Assembly (NCBI RefSeq): GCF_000145295.1
Contig: NC_014408.1
Coordinates: 1,572,794 to 1,604,793, forward strand
Origin: Methanothermobacter marburgensis str. Marburg
GTDB taxonomy: Archaea; Methanobacteriota; Methanobacteria; Methanobacteriales; Methanothermobacteraceae
Length of the DNA: 32,000 bases
Direction of reading: 5' to 3'
The notes below the pieces were generated by a model, which saw only the letters and a program-made list of their open reading frames with translations, was not told where the DNA came from and did not search any database. The translations under genes were made by a program, and so were the position numbers. Below are positions 16,359 through 26,844 of the stretch, one piece after another. Positions within the stretch are counted from its first letter, which is position 1. Every line of letters begins with the position of its first letter.

Positions 16359-17573
16359 TCAGAGTGTCATTGAATCAAAGAGGAGGACCTCACACTCCTC
16401 ACCTTCAGCTATACCCTCAAGGTTCTCATCTATCACTATGTAGGCATTTGACTCCACCATTGACCTTATTATACCCGAACCCCTGCTCTGGACGGGTTTA
16501 ACTGTTCCGTTATCTGCATTTGCCCGCACGTATTCCGTCCTGCCGGGTCCAGATGCAACCTTACCAAGACACCGCCTCTTCACTGTTCTGTGACTGTAAT
16601 CCAGGTGCTGCATTCTGAGAAGATAATACCTTGCAAGGACATCGAACTGAACCATGGCAGCGACAGGATACCCTGAAAGCATGAATACAGGTTTACCCTC
16701 AACAATTCCGAATGCCACAGGTTTGCCTGGCCTCATTGCCACCCCATGGAAGAGTACGTCGCCAAGGCTATCCACGGCATCCACAACCACGTCTCCACGG
16801 CTCACCGCTGTTCCGCCGGTTGTTATGACCATGTCATGTTCCTTCACTGCCCCTCTGATTTCATCCACTATGATATCCATGTCGTCGGGGGCGTGGCTAA
16901 CCTCTGCATCACCACCTGCACTCTCCACAAGGGCCTTGAGGGTGTAGAGGTTTGAGTTGGGTATCTTACCTGGTTCAAGGTCCGCTGAAGGCTCCATGAG
17001 TTCATTACCTGTTATTATCACCTTTACCGAGGGCTTTTTATACACCCTCAGCTGGCTGTAACCTGCCGATGCCGCCATGGCAATTTCTGCAGGCCTGAGG
17101 AGGGTTCCTTTACTCAGGACGGTATCCCCTGCCCTGAAATCCTCTCCTGCCGGTGACACGTTCTCTCCAGGAAACACAGGTCTTACAACACTGATCTCAG
17201 ATCCTGAGCTGACAGTGTACTCCTCCATGACAACAGCATCTGCTCCGCGGGGTATGGGGGCCCCTGTTGCGATTTTAACAGCCTCCCCCCTATCCACATC
17301 CACATCAGATACATCCCCGGCCCCTATGGAATCTGTGACAGTGAATCTTGATGGATTCTCAGGTGACGAACCGAATGTATCCTCGGCCCTCACCGCGTAT
17401 CCATCCATCGCTGACCTGTCAAAGGGGGGGGAGTCAAATCTGGCTTTTAAATCCTCCGCAAGAACCCTTTTATGGGCATATAAGAGATTAAGGGTTTCAG
17501 TCTCAGTTGATCTCTGATTTTCATCAAGAATCCTGAATGCATCCCTCACTGGTATGAGTTCTGATAGAAACAT
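16359..17573 (-). CDS. moeA: Molybdopterin molybdenumtransferase MoeA
   Basis: 404 aa with the signature SPPFDRSAMDGYAV and a typical MoeA domain order. SD GGTGATGG lies upstream of the ATG. Confidence 0.85.
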   Translation of the reverse strand: MFLSELIPVRDAFRILDENQRSTETETLNLLYAHKRVLAEDLKARFDSPPFDRSAMDGYAVRAEDTFGSSPENPSRFTVTDSIGAGDVSDVDVDRGEAVKIATGAPIPRGADAVVMEEYTVSSGSEISVVRPVFPGENVSPAGEDFRAGDTVLSKGTLLRPAEIAMAASAGYSQLRVYKKPSVKVIITGNELMEPSADLEPGKIPNSNLYTLKALVESAGGDAEVSHAPDDMDIIVDEIRGAVKEHDMVITTGGTAVSRGDVVVDAVDSLGDVLFHGVAMRPGKPVAFGIVEGKPVFMLSGYPVAAMVQFDVLARYYLLRMQHLDYSHRTVKRRCLGKVASGPGRTEYVRANADNGTVKPVQSRGSGIIRSMVESNAYIVIDENLEGIAEGEECEVLLFDSMTL

Positions 17574-17670
17574 GTGACCATCACCGCTTAAGTACTGTTT
17601 ATACTATTAATATATAAAGGGGGATATAAATTCCCGGCTGGAAAAATAATCTTTGATTCATGGAGGTTTC
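17574..17670. promoter_or_regulatory. Divergent promoter region between moeA and the ABC transporter operon
   Basis: TTAATATATAAAG and GATATAAAT elements lie at about 17609-17632. GGAGGT at 17662-17667 precedes the ATG at 17671. Confidence 0.4.
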
Positions 17671-18576
17671 ATGATAGAGGTGGACTCTGTCTCTAAAAGC
17701 TTTGGAAGAATCAGGGCCCTTGATAACCTCAGCTTCAGTGTGAGGGAAGGGGAACTCATGGGCATAATCGGCCACAACGGTGCCGGTAAGACCACCGCAA
17801 TACGCATAATAGCAGGGATACTGCACCCTGACTCTGGCACAGTCCATGTGGGTGGCTATGATGTTACCAGGGACCCACTCAGGGTTAAAGCAATGATAGG
17901 TTATCTTCCAGAGGAGCCCAACCTCTATGAGCGTTTCAGGGCTGCGGATCTCCTGAGGTACTTCGGTGAGCTCTATGGTGTCCCCAGGGATGTGCTGGAT
18001 GATAGAATATACGAGTTACTTGAACTCGTGGGTATGAGTGAACGTGCAGCGGACCCCATAAACACGTTCTCCAAGGGCATGCGGCAGAGGATCGGGATAG
18101 CAAGGGCCCTCATACATGACCCCCCAATCATAATATTCGATGAACCCACCATGGGCCTTGACCCGGCAACAGCATTCTCAATAAGGGAATTCATAAGGGA
18201 GCTCAAGGGCTCAAGGACCATGATACTCTGCACCCACTACATGGAGGAGGCCGATTACCTCTGTGACAGGGTCGCCATAATAAACAGGGGGCGCATACTC
18301 GACATCGGAACCCCAGATGAACTCAAATCCAGGGTCCAGGGGGACCTGATACTTGAAGTTAAGGTATCAGAGCCCTCATTGATCAACAGGGACTCTCTTA
18401 TGAAGGTGAGTGGTGTTAAATCCGTTGAAATAGATGGTAAAATCATCAGATTCTCCCTTGGTAGCCGTGAATCCATAACAGAGGTTATAGAGAATATTCC
18501 TGGAACGGTCTTCAGTGTGAACACACGGGAGGCAACACTCAACGACGTATTCATACAGAGCCTGAAGGGGTCCTAG
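17671..18576 (+). CDS. ABC transporter ATP-binding protein (ABC-2 / NatA-like)
   Basis: Walker A GHNGAGKTT, signature variant FSKGMRQRIGIARAL, Walker B IIIFDEPTMGLD, H-loop CTHYMEEA. I prefer the ATG at 17671 with GGAGGT upstream over the ORF-track TTG at 17653. Confidence 0.9.
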   Translation: MIEVDSVSKSFGRIRALDNLSFSVREGELMGIIGHNGAGKTTAIRIIAGILHPDSGTVHVGGYDVTRDPLRVKAMIGYLPEEPNLYERFRAADLLRYFGELYGVPRDVLDDRIYELLELVGMSERAADPINTFSKGMRQRIGIARALIHDPPIIIFDEPTMGLDPATAFSIREFIRELKGSRTMILCTHYMEEADYLCDRVAIINRGRILDIGTPDELKSRVQGDLILEVKVSEPSLINRDSLMKVSGVKSVEIDGKIIRFSLGSRESITEVIENIPGTVFSVNTREATLNDVFIQSLKGS

Positions 18577-19659
18577 ATGAATCTCCTAACAGTTACAAAA
18601 TGGGAACTCACGGGGACATTCAGAAGCCGTAAATTCCTCTTCATATTCATATTCCAGATACTGGTACTTTCACTCACCATATTCATGTTCAGTGGCTTCA
18701 TTGAGATGATAGGTGAGGGAAACACCTTCACCCCCTCCCTAAGGGGTTTTGCAGAGCTCAGTGTCACCGACCCCTCAGGTATCATCTCCGGGCAGCTAAA
18801 CCCCGACGTCCTCTATATACATGGGGGTGCGCCCTCCAGGCTCCTTGTCGATAACTTCACAGGCATCCCCCTGAATGCAATGCTCTACCTTGACTATTCT
18901 GATCCAAGAAGGACCGTTGTAAGGGACGAGGTGGAAGCAGCGGTTGAAAGGGCCTCCACCGTGATAACCAGGGAACTCATTGAAACCCCAACGCCGAGAC
19001 CTGAGGTCCGTGAGGAGACACGGGGTGAGGCCCTTCCACTTCAGCTTGTGAGGCGTGTCATGGTTTCAATACTCCTATTTCTCCCGGTTTTCCTGTTCGG
19101 AAACCTGGTGGTGGACAGTATTGTGGGTGAAAAGGAGAGGAAAACAGGTGAAGCCCTTATTGCAATGCCCATAAGGCGCTCTGAGATAATCATCGGGAAG
19201 TGCCTCTCTGTTACCGCAACGGTGGCGCTGCAGGTGGGTGTATGGATGATCCTCATAATGGCGGCCGGTTTCCAGATAAGCAACCCGGCAGGTGCCTATC
19301 TAACCGTTGTGCTCTCATCAACGCCCATCATAGGGCTCACTGCACTCATATCGGTTTATGCAAAGAACTACCGTGAGGCCGGGATAGGTATAACCTTTGC
19401 CTACATAATCGCAGCAGCATACCTGATTGTGCCGGCCCTCGCCTACATGGCCGGTTCCTCAGGGTCCCTCTCACCCATGACCCTCACCATAAAGCTGATA
19501 TCAGGAGTTAACCTGAATGCAGCTGACCTCATACCGCCCCTGTTCTCGGTCCTCATACTCAACATCCTCTTCTATGGCCTTGCAGTCAGATTATTCAGCA
19601 GGGATGATGTGGTTTTTGGTCCAAGGCCCGGTATTTTAAGGTTGATGGTGAGACCATGA
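18577..19659 (+). CDS. ABC-2 type (NatB-like) permease, copy 1
   Basis: 360 aa with an N-terminal TM segment, a large loop and then multiple TM segments. Motif DSIVGEKERKTGEAL. The gene starts directly after the ATPase stop. Confidence 0.8.
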   Translation: MNLLTVTKWELTGTFRSRKFLFIFIFQILVLSLTIFMFSGFIEMIGEGNTFTPSLRGFAELSVTDPSGIISGQLNPDVLYIHGGAPSRLLVDNFTGIPLNAMLYLDYSDPRRTVVRDEVEAAVERASTVITRELIETPTPRPEVREETRGEALPLQLVRRVMVSILLFLPVFLFGNLVVDSIVGEKERKTGEALIAMPIRRSEIIIGKCLSVTATVALQVGVWMILIMAAGFQISNPAGAYLTVVLSSTPIIGLTALISVYAKNYREAGIGITFAYIIAAAYLIVPALAYMAGSSGSLSPMTLTIKLISGVNLNAADLIPPLFSVLILNILFYGLAVRLFSRDDVVFGPRPGILRLMVRP

Positions 19660-20780
19660 AACTGAAGGCCCTTACAGTTAAGGAGGCGCGGGACATATTC
19701 TCAAACAGGATCTACATGCTGCTTGTCCTGGTGCAGGTCATAATAATACTGGGTGCCTATGGACTTGCAGTTGTAAGTTCCGTTGCAGCAGATCCAGAGC
19801 TCATTGGGGAGTGGGGTGGTTCCAGGTTCCTCAAGGTGGGTGTTGTGGGGGATGAACGTCTGCTCATTGAGGGCCTTGAGAGGGAGGGTCTGGGTGTTAC
19901 GAAATTCCCGGATCTTGCTGATGCCAGAAAAAGCCTTGGATCAGGGGTGGTTGCCATTGTCTACACCAGCGGTGGGGATGTCCGTATCGAAGCAGACACC
20001 GGCAGTGCATTCTACACCATCATGAGCGAAAGGCTTCAGCGTGCCGCCTCATGGTATGCGGAGCAGAAACAGTTCAGGGAGGCGGCTATTCCATCATCCA
20101 AAGTTAAAGCTCTGGAGAATCCTGTTAAACTGAAAATTATCCCCGTTAACAGGGAAAGGTATGCTCCACTTGCAGTTGAAAGCTCCTACTTTGTGGAGAT
20201 AATGTACGGGTTCATAATACCCTTTGTGGTTTTCCTCCCATTCTTCCTAGGTAGTAACATTGTAACCGACAGCGTGGTTGGTGAGAAGGAAAGGAAAACC
20301 TTCGAGGTCCTCCTGATGGTCCCCCTATCCGAGACCAGCATAATTCTTGGTAAGATAACCCCTGCACTCATTTTTTCATTCATTCAGAGCCTCCTGTGGC
20401 TCGGGATAGTGATGCTCCTTGGGGTGCCTGTTTACAATATCCCCCTGCTGTCCATTATAATGTTCCTCACGGGACTGGGATTCACAGGGACCGGTCTCTT
20501 CATATCCATCCTCGCAGACAGCACAAAGGAGGCCAACTCTGCCATCACGGTGGTGCTCTTCTTTGCAACGTTCCTGCTCTTCGTGCCCCTATTCATGGAT
20601 ATGGGCATCTTCAACCCCATAATACGCTTCATACCAAGCATCATAATGGTCAAGCTCTCATCGAGCCCATATCTCAACCCGGGTCTCATCTATGACATGT
20701 TACCGGCAGCATTTTTATCTGTAATCCTCTTTGCGGCTTCAGTTGTCTCATTCAGGAGGGAAGGAGTCATAAGACTCTGA
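19656..20780 (+). CDS. ABC-2 type (NatB-like) permease, copy 2 (paralogue of the preceding gene)
   Basis: 374 aa with the same architecture and the motif DSVVGEKERKTFEVL. It overlaps the preceding gene by 4 nt (ATGA). Confidence 0.8.
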   Translation: MKLKALTVKEARDIFSNRIYMLLVLVQVIIILGAYGLAVVSSVAADPELIGEWGGSRFLKVGVVGDERLLIEGLEREGLGVTKFPDLADARKSLGSGVVAIVYTSGGDVRIEADTGSAFYTIMSERLQRAASWYAEQKQFREAAIPSSKVKALENPVKLKIIPVNRERYAPLAVESSYFVEIMYGFIIPFVVFLPFFLGSNIVTDSVVGEKERKTFEVLLMVPLSETSIILGKITPALIFSFIQSLLWLGIVMLLGVPVYNIPLLSIIMFLTGLGFTGTGLFISILADSTKEANSAITVVLFFATFLLFVPLFMDMGIFNPIIRFIPSIIMVKLSSSPYLNPGLIYDMLPAAFLSVILFAASVVSFRREGVIRL

Positions 20781-20794
20781 CCCTAACAAAAACC

Positions 20795-20806
20795 ATATTT
20801 TTTGTC
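20795..20806 (+). terminator. Oligo-T tract, candidate terminator of the ABC operon
   Basis: A T6 run at 20798-20803 lies about 18 nt after the stop at 20780. Confidence 0.35.
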
Positions 20807-20954
20807 TCATCAGATGATAAGACTCTGACTGTTACCATCCACCTGACTACAATGCCCCTACTGAGTTGTCTCAAGTAAAAACGCTGACAAGGATCCTTTT
20901 TTAAAGAGGTGAGGCAGGATCAGTTGTTTCATCAGGTGAAAAGACTCTGATCCT

Positions 20955-20968
20955 CACAAAAAATCTGT
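20955..20968 (-). terminator. Oligo-T tract, candidate terminator of the minus-strand mat-ileS-purL-kinase gene run
   Basis: The minus strand reads TGA-ACAGATTTTTTGTG directly after the stop at 20969. The plus-strand A6 run lies at 20958-20963. Confidence 0.4.
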
Positions 20969-21529
20969 TCAGTGGACGAGGAGCAGCATCACAGCCCCGG
21001 CACCGATGGGAATGGTTATGTTATCCTCAACCGGGGTGTAGGCCTCCACCAGCATACCCGCAATAGCCCCTGTGAGTGCGGTTAGGGGGTCAAGGAAAAA
21101 GAGGGCCCCCAGGAACCCTGCTAAAAGGAAGGCCGCTGAACCCTCAATGCTCTTATCAGGGTTAAAGGGGAGGGGATGTGAACCATACTCCTTGCCGATG
21201 ATTGTGGAGAGTGAGTCACCCAGGGTGAGTATTATAACTGAGGCACTGGCCACTGAAATGTTAAAACCAAAGAGGGCATATGTGAGGGCCATTCCCAGAA
21301 AGTAGTAGATGAAGCCCCTCTCGGTATCATCCCTCCGGCAGCTCCTGAGAACATAGGAGAAGAAGGGGAGGGTGAACCTTCTGTCAAGCTGAAATATCAC
21401 CTCACCCATGAGTGCTGCTGCGAGGGAGAGGGCCACCATGGGGAGGGAGCCAAGGTAGCCTGCAAGGATCACGAACACTATGCCTGCTGCATGTATGATT
21501 TGCCTGAAGAACTCCCTCCTGTACCTCAA
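20969..21529 (-). CDS. Integral membrane polyprenol/phytol kinase family protein (VTE5 / dolichol kinase / CdsA superfamily)
   Basis: 186 aa with multiple TM segments. The motif GDSLSTIIGKEYGSHPLPFNPDKSIEGSAAF matches the GDxxAxxxGxxxGxxKLPxNxxKSxxGS pattern of VTE5/DolK-type kinases. The TTG start at 21529 is supported by AGGTG 6-7 nt upstream, overlapping the purL stop. Confidence 0.6.
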   Translation of the reverse strand: MRYRREFFRQIIHAAGIVFVILAGYLGSLPMVALSLAAALMGEVIFQLDRRFTLPFFSYVLRSCRRDDTERGFIYYFLGMALTYALFGFNISVASASVIILTLGDSLSTIIGKEYGSHPLPFNPDKSIEGSAAFLLAGFLGALFFLDPLTALTGAIAGMLVEAYTPVEDNITIPIGAGAVMLLLVH

Positions 21530-21537
21530 AAAAACAC

Positions 21538-23682
21538 CTATGTGGACATGTATGCCTCAATAACCCCATGGTAGGCATCATAAAGTTCAGATACATCCAG
21601 GGCTACATCATCAAATTTCAGGGCACCACCGCCAGTGGTTCCTATCACAGCGCAGGGCACTTCAAGTTCCTGGATTATTTCCTCCACGGATCCTGTCACT
21701 GTTAGGATGTACCTTCCATTTGATTCAGAGAATAGTGCCTCATGGATGTTACTGAAGCTTCCAGGGATCTTCCCTGTGTCTATGGTTGCCCCGATACCTG
21801 ACTTTATGGCCATCTCAGCGACTGCAACCCCTATACCGCCTGCTGAACAGTCATGGATTGCCGTTACCTTATCCCCAAATCTCTCAATTATCCTCCTGAC
21901 TGAGTTTGCAGCGTCAAATTCTGCCCTGAGATCTGTCTCGGGTGGCTTACCATCAACAATGCCATGAACTGTCCTTAGGTACTCTGAGGCGCCCAGTTCA
22001 GGTTTTGTATCCCCGATGACGATTATCTTCTCGCCCTCAGCCTTGAAGTCCATTGTCTTTATGCTATCAAGTGGTAGCCTCCCTGCAACTCCAACGACGG
22101 GGGAGGGGTTCACTGTAACACCTTCGGTTTCATTGTAGAAGCTCACATTACCGCTTATTACCGGCGTGCCGAAGGTCTCTGCCATGTCAGCCATTCCCCT
22201 CACACATTCCCTGAACTGCCAGAAAACCTCTGGCTTCTCCGGGTTTCCGAAGTTGAGGCAGTCCACTATGCAGAGTGGCCAGGCGCCCATTGAAACAACG
22301 TTCCTTATTGCCTCCCCCACAGAGGCTGCGCCACCACCATATGGGTCCAGCTTTGTGTGGATGCTGTTGCAGTCAACGGTTAGCGCAACTCCAGTCTTCT
22401 CATCGACCCTGAGGACCGCCGCATCATCACCTGGCTTCACAACGGTCCTTATCTGAACCTCATGGTCATACTGGCGGTAAACCCACCTCTTGCTTGCAAT
22501 GTTCGGTGATGACAGGAGTTTAAGGAGCGCTTCAGTGAGAAGGGGGTGCTGGACCTCCACCTGCCCCTCAGGTAAATCAGGTTTTTTTGCCTCCCTTTCA
22601 ATCACAGGGGGATCCGCGAGGAGCTTTGCTGGCAGGTCCGCTATAACCTTCCCTTCGCTTTCAACTATCATCCTTCCGGTATCTGTAACCTCACCTATGA
22701 CCGCGGCCGGAAGCTCATATTTCCTGCAGATCTCCATTGCCTCATCAACCCTGTCAGGGCTGAGCACGAATATCATGCGTTCCTGCGACTCTGAGAGCAT
22801 TATCTCATAGGGTGTCATTCCCTCCTCCCTCAGGGGTATCGCCTCCAGGTTGACCCTTGCACCGTTATCACACTTGGCCACGAGTTCAGAGATGCAGCAC
22901 GTTAAACCCCCGCCCCCGAGGTCCTTCACGCCTGAAACCTCTATTTTCTCCATTATCTCAAAGCTCGCCTCCATCACCATCTTCTTGGTGAAGGGGTCGC
23001 CGACCTGAACCGCTGGTCGGTCCTCCAGTTCAGATGAACTTGTGAGTTCCTCAGAGGCAAAGGTTACGCCATGAATTCCATCCCTGCCTGTTCTACCCCC
23101 CATGAGGAGGAATACATCGCCTGGCCGCGGGGCTATCCCCCGTTTTATCTCATCCTTGCGCACAAGGCCTGCGCACATAACATTCACAAGGGGGTTCAGC
23201 TGGAAGTTATCGTCAAATTCAACCTCGCCTGCAACTGTTGGAACCCCCACACGGTTCCCGTAGTCGGATATGCCCTTAACCACGTGTTCAAAGAGGTACC
23301 TTGATTTCTGGTCCTCAAGGTATCCGAATCGAAGGGAGTCAAGGAGGGCTATGGGCATGGCGCCCATTGAGATTATATCCCTCAGAATCCCGCCTATACC
23401 TGTACCTGCCCCCCCATATGGTTCTATCGCAGAGGGGTGGTTGTGGCTCTCAATTCCAATGGCCATGGCCAGTTCATCGGTGACCTCAACCACACCGGCG
23501 TCATCACCAGGACCTATGATTACCCCCTCACCCTCGGTTGGGAAGAAGCCGAGGACCGGGCGACTGCTCTTGTATGAGCAGTGCTCAGAGAACATCACAT
23601 CCAGCATCCCGTATTCGAGGGGATTCGGATCCCTCCCAAGTTCTTTCCTTATGAATTCAATCTCTGAATCTGTTAAAACCAT
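21538..23682 (-). CDS. purL: Phosphoribosylformylglycinamidine synthase subunit PurL (FGAM synthase II)
   Basis: Motifs [10 protein letters not shown] and [11 protein letters not shown], with duplicated AIR-synthase-like domains. I prefer the ATG at 23682 (AAGGTG 6 nt upstream) over the ORF-track GTG at 23688, which overlaps the ileS stop. Confidence 0.9.
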   Translation of the reverse strand: MVLTDSEIEFIRKELGRDPNPLEYGMLDVMFSEHCSYKSSRPVLGFFPTEGEGVIIGPGDDAGVVEVTDELAMAIGIESHNHPSAIEPYGGAGTGIGGILRDIISMGAMPIALLDSLRFGYLEDQKSRYLFEHVVKGISDYGNRVGVPTVAGEVEFDDNFQLNPLVNVMCAGLVRKDEIKRGIAPRPGDVFLLMGGRTGRDGIHGVTFASEELTSSSELEDRPAVQVGDPFTKKMVMEASFEIMEKIEVSGVKDLGGGGLTCCISELVAKCDNGARVNLEAIPLREEGMTPYEIMLSESQERMIFVLSPDRVDEAMEICRKYELPAAVIGEVTDTGRMIVESEGKVIADLPAKLLADPPVIEREAKKPDLPEGQVEVQHPLLTEALLKLLSSPNIASKRWVYRQYDHEVQIRTVVKPGDDAAVLRVDEKTGVALTVDCNSIHTKLDPYGGGAASVGEAIRNVVSMGAWPLCIVDCLNFGNPEKPEVFWQFRECVRGMADMAETFGTPVISGNVSFYNETEGVTVNPSPVVGVAGRLPLDSIKTMDFKAEGEKIIVIGDTKPELGASEYLRTVHGIVDGKPPETDLRAEFDAANSVRRIIERFGDKVTAIHDCSAGGIGVAVAEMAIKSGIGATIDTGKIPGSFSNIHEALFSESNGRYILTVTGSVEEIIQELEVPCAVIGTTGGGALKFDDVALDVSELYDAYHGVIEAYMST

Positions 23683-23684
23683 TT

Positions 23685-26600
23685 TCACACCTTATCTGAA
23701 GGTTTTATGGATATTATAAGGTTTTCATCCGATATCTTCCATTCCTTGGTGTATTCGAGTTCGGTGTAATCAAAGGAGAGATGACTGGCCCTGACCTCAT
23801 TCTCAACGAATTCCCTCTGGGGCTCGGTCAGTTCCCTGAACTCTGGGCTACATTTCACTGAAACCTCTATTCTGGCCTCAACGTCCAGGTCAAGGTCCTT
23901 CCTCATATCCTGGATCCTCCTTACAAGTTCGCGGGCCATTGCCTCGCTCATTATCTCAGGTGTGAGTTCCGTGTCAACGAATACACTTCCGCCCTCAAAC
24001 TGTGCATTCACGATGTTCTCAGGGAGCTCTGTCTCAAATATTATATCATCGGGTTCCAGGACGATTATTCTGCCGTCCAGATCAACCCTAAAGCTGCCCT
24101 CTGATTCCAGTGCGGCTTTAACCTCAGCGCCATCCGCCTCCTCAAGTTTTCTCATGACAGGTGGCATGTCCTGCCTGAGCTTTGGACCCAGAGTTGCGGG
24201 GTTTGGTTTGGCTATTATCCTCATATCAGGGAATTCAGTTGAAGTCCTGATGGACTTGGCGTTGGCCTGTTCAGCTATAACCCCCTTGAGGGATTCAGCG
24301 GCCTCCAGAACCTTATCGTCCTCTGATACCACAACTATCTCCCTTACAGGCCATCTCAGCTTGTACCTTGCAGTGTCCCTTGCCCTTGCACATGCCTCTA
24401 TTATCTCGCGGACGATGTCCATCTCTGCCTCGAGTTTGCCATCCACCGCATCCTCACTCACCATCCAGTCCAGCATGTGTATGCTCTCAGGTGAGTCGGG
24501 TTCAGCCCCCCGCACAAGGTTCTGGTAGATGTCCTCGCATACGTGGGGTGCTATGGGTGATAGTGTCACTATCAGTGTCTTGAGGGCTGTGTAGAGGCTG
24601 TGGTAGGCTGCCAGCTTGTCTGGGTCGTCCCTCTCTATCCATGTGCGGCTCCTTATGAGCCTTATGTACCAGCGGCTGAGGTCCTCCACTATGAAGTCGT
24701 GGATTTCACGGGTTGCCCTGTGGAAGTGGAGGTTATCCAGGGCCTCTGTCACCTTCAGGGCCACAGAGTTAACCCTTGAGATTATCCATCGATCCTCATC
24801 CCTGAAGTGGAGGTCCTCCAGTTCATGGTCACCTGGCTGGAACCTGTCAAGGGACATGTAGGTTGTTGCGAAGACGTAGACATTCCAGAGTATGTTGAAC
24901 ATCTTATTAACATTCTTAAGTTCGTCCCATACGAATTTAAGGTCCTCCCATGGCTTGTTGGCCCATAAAAGGTAGAACCTCAGGACGTCTGCCCCGTACT
25001 TCTCTATGACATCCTCAGGTTCAACAACGTTCCCCAGGGACTTGCTCATCTTCCTGCCCTCTTCATCAAGGGTGAAACCGTGCATGAGCACCCGCCGGTA
25101 GGGTGTCTCATCAAGTGCTATCACACCGCAGCCAAGCTGTGAGTAGAACCAGCCCCTTGTCTGGTCATGTCCCTCGGTTATGAAGTCGTAGGGGAACCAT
25201 TCACTGAAGAGTTCCTTCTCTCTGGGGTAGTGTAGGGCTGCCCAGCCTGCAACCCCTGAGTCTATCCAGACATCCAGGACATCGGGTGTCCTCTTCATTC
25301 TGCCCCCGCATCTACCGCACTCAAGTATTATCCTGTCCACATGGGGCCTGTGGATGAAGTCCCCTTCAAGCTGGCCCTCAACAGCCAGCTCCCTGAGCTC
25401 CCCTATTGATCCAACAACGTGTATGCTGTCGCAGTCCTCGCAGACCCATATGGGGATGGGTATCCCCCAGTAGCGCTGCCTTGAGATGGTCCAGTCCCTC
25501 GCATTCTCTATCCAGTTCCTGAACCTGCTCTCCCCTGCCCATGAGGGGATCCACTGTACCCTGTCGAGTTCACTGAGCATTTTATCCTTTATCTCTGTTA
25601 TCTTAAGGAACCACTGCTCTGTGGCAAGGTAGATTATGGGTGTCTTGCATCTCCAGCAGAACCCGTACCTGTGACTGATGGTCTCTGCCCTCAGGAGGAG
25701 GTTCTTTGATCTCAGGTCATCTATTATGTCAGAATCGGCGTCCTTAACAAAGAGTCCCCTGTATTTCCCTGCATCCTCAGTGAAGACCCCTGCCTCATCC
25801 ACAGGGCAGAATACGGGGAGGCCATATTCTTTACCTATCTCAAAGTCCTCTGGACCATGACCAGGGGCTGTGTGCACGCACCCTGTACCCTCTGTGAGTG
25901 TCACATGGTCCCCCAGGATGACCCTGTGCTCCATGTCCCTGTGGCATGGCACCTCCTCATCCAGGGGGTGCCTGTAGGTGAGGCCCTCAAGTTCAGATCC
26001 CCTGACGGTCTTTATGATCTCAGCTTCCTCCCCCAGGACCTTCTCAACGAGTGCCTCTGCCATTATGTAGGTTTCCCCATCCAGACGGGTGTGGGCATAA
26101 TCAAAGTCAGGGTGGACCGCAACGGCCATGTTTGCAGGGAGGGTCCAGGGTGTTGTTGTCCATACCAGTATATACGTGTCCCCTGAGACTGGGAACTTCA
26201 CGTAGATGGATGGGTCCTCCTTCTCATGGTAGTCTATCTCTGCAAGTGCCAGGGCCGTTTCACAGCGCGGGCACCACGTTATCACCCTGAGGTCCCTTAA
26301 AAGGAGGTCCTTCTCATGGGCCCTCTTCAGGGTCCACCAGCATGATTCCATGTAAGCAGGGTCGAAGGTCACGTAGGGGTCATCCCAGTCCATCCAGACC
26401 CCAAGGCGCTGGAACTGGGATGTCATAACAGCCTTGTTTTCCATCGCAAATTCCCTGCACTTCCTGACAAATTCCTCTATACCGATCTTATCCTCAATGT
26501 CCTTTTTGCTCCTGACACCCAGGATCCCCTCAACCTTGTGCTCTATTGGGAGGCCATGGGTGTCCCATCCAGGCTGCCTCCTGACATTGAAACCCCTCAT

Positions 26601-26822
26601 TGATTTGAACCGGAGGTAGGAGTCCTTCATTATCTTGTTCCATGCTGTTCCAAGGTGAATCCTTCCGCTGCAGTAGGGTGGGCCGTCCAGGAATGAGTAC
26701 CTTGGGCCCTCCTCCCTCAGTTCCTTCACGCGTTCATAGATATCCCTTTCTTCCCAGAAACTCTGAACCTTTTCCTCTATCACATGGGGCTTGTAGGATT
26801 TTTCGGCTTCCTGGATTGGCAT
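23685..26822 (-). CDS. ileS: Isoleucine--tRNA ligase
   Basis: 1045 aa with the HIGH-type motif [23 protein letters not shown], and an editing-domain insertion. The SD-like GAGGGAGAAA lies upstream. Confidence 0.95.
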   Translation of the reverse strand: MPIQEAEKSYKPHVIEEKVQSFWEERDIYERVKELREEGPRYSFLDGPPYCSGRIHLGTAWNKIMKDSYLRFKSMRGFNVRRQPGWDTHGLPIEHKVEGILGVRSKKDIEDKIGIEEFVRKCREFAMENKAVMTSQFQRLGVWMDWDDPYVTFDPAYMESCWWTLKRAHEKDLLLRDLRVITWCPRCETALALAEIDYHEKEDPSIYVKFPVSGDTYILVWTTTPWTLPANMAVAVHPDFDYAHTRLDGETYIMAEALVEKVLGEEAEIIKTVRGSELEGLTYRHPLDEEVPCHRDMEHRVILGDHVTLTEGTGCVHTAPGHGPEDFEIGKEYGLPVFCPVDEAGVFTEDAGKYRGLFVKDADSDIIDDLRSKNLLLRAETISHRYGFCWRCKTPIIYLATEQWFLKITEIKDKMLSELDRVQWIPSWAGESRFRNWIENARDWTISRQRYWGIPIPIWVCEDCDSIHVVGSIGELRELAVEGQLEGDFIHRPHVDRIILECGRCGGRMKRTPDVLDVWIDSGVAGWAALHYPREKELFSEWFPYDFITEGHDQTRGWFYSQLGCGVIALDETPYRRVLMHGFTLDEEGRKMSKSLGNVVEPEDVIEKYGADVLRFYLLWANKPWEDLKFVWDELKNVNKMFNILWNVYVFATTYMSLDRFQPGDHELEDLHFRDEDRWIISRVNSVALKVTEALDNLHFHRATREIHDFIVEDLSRWYIRLIRSRTWIERDDPDKLAAYHSLYTALKTLIVTLSPIAPHVCEDIYQNLVRGAEPDSPESIHMLDWMVSEDAVDGKLEAEMDIVREIIEACARARDTARYKLRWPVREIVVVSEDDKVLEAAESLKGVIAEQANAKSIRTSTEFPDMRIIAKPNPATLGPKLRQDMPPVMRKLEEADGAEVKAALESEGSFRVDLDGRIIVLEPDDIIFETELPENIVNAQFEGGSVFVDTELTPEIMSEAMARELVRRIQDMRKDLDLDVEARIEVSVKCSPEFRELTEPQREFVENEVRASHLSFDYTELEYTKEWKISDENLIISIKPSDKV

Positions 26823-26844
26823 GAATTTCTCCCTCAGCTGGATA

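Larger units (their letters stand above)
20766..20968. repeat. Three imperfect copies of an AAGACTCTGA[CT]-centred motif spanning the permease stop and the intergenic region
   Basis: The copies are ATAAGACTCTGACCCTAACAAAAACC (20769-), TCTCATCAGATGATAAGACTCTGAC (20806-20829) and TTTCATCAGGTGAAAAGACTCTGATCCTCACAAAAAATC (20928-20965). Copy 1 is the actual 3' end of the permease gene (GVIRL-stop). Confidence 0.6.

Noticed and set aside
20889-20902. The AAGGATCCTT palindrome followed by a T-run as an intrinsic terminator hairpin.
   Set aside because: A spacerless 10-bp palindrome can form only a 3-bp stem. The T6 tract at 20798-20803 is closer to the stop and is a more plausible terminator.
20766-20968. 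The AAGACTCTGA repeats as a CRISPR array or a mobile-element terminal repeat.
   Set aside because: There are only three imperfect copies with irregular spacing (about 48 and 120 bp). There is no conserved repeat unit of about 30 nt, no cas, transposase or integrase genes nearby, and no target-site duplication pattern.
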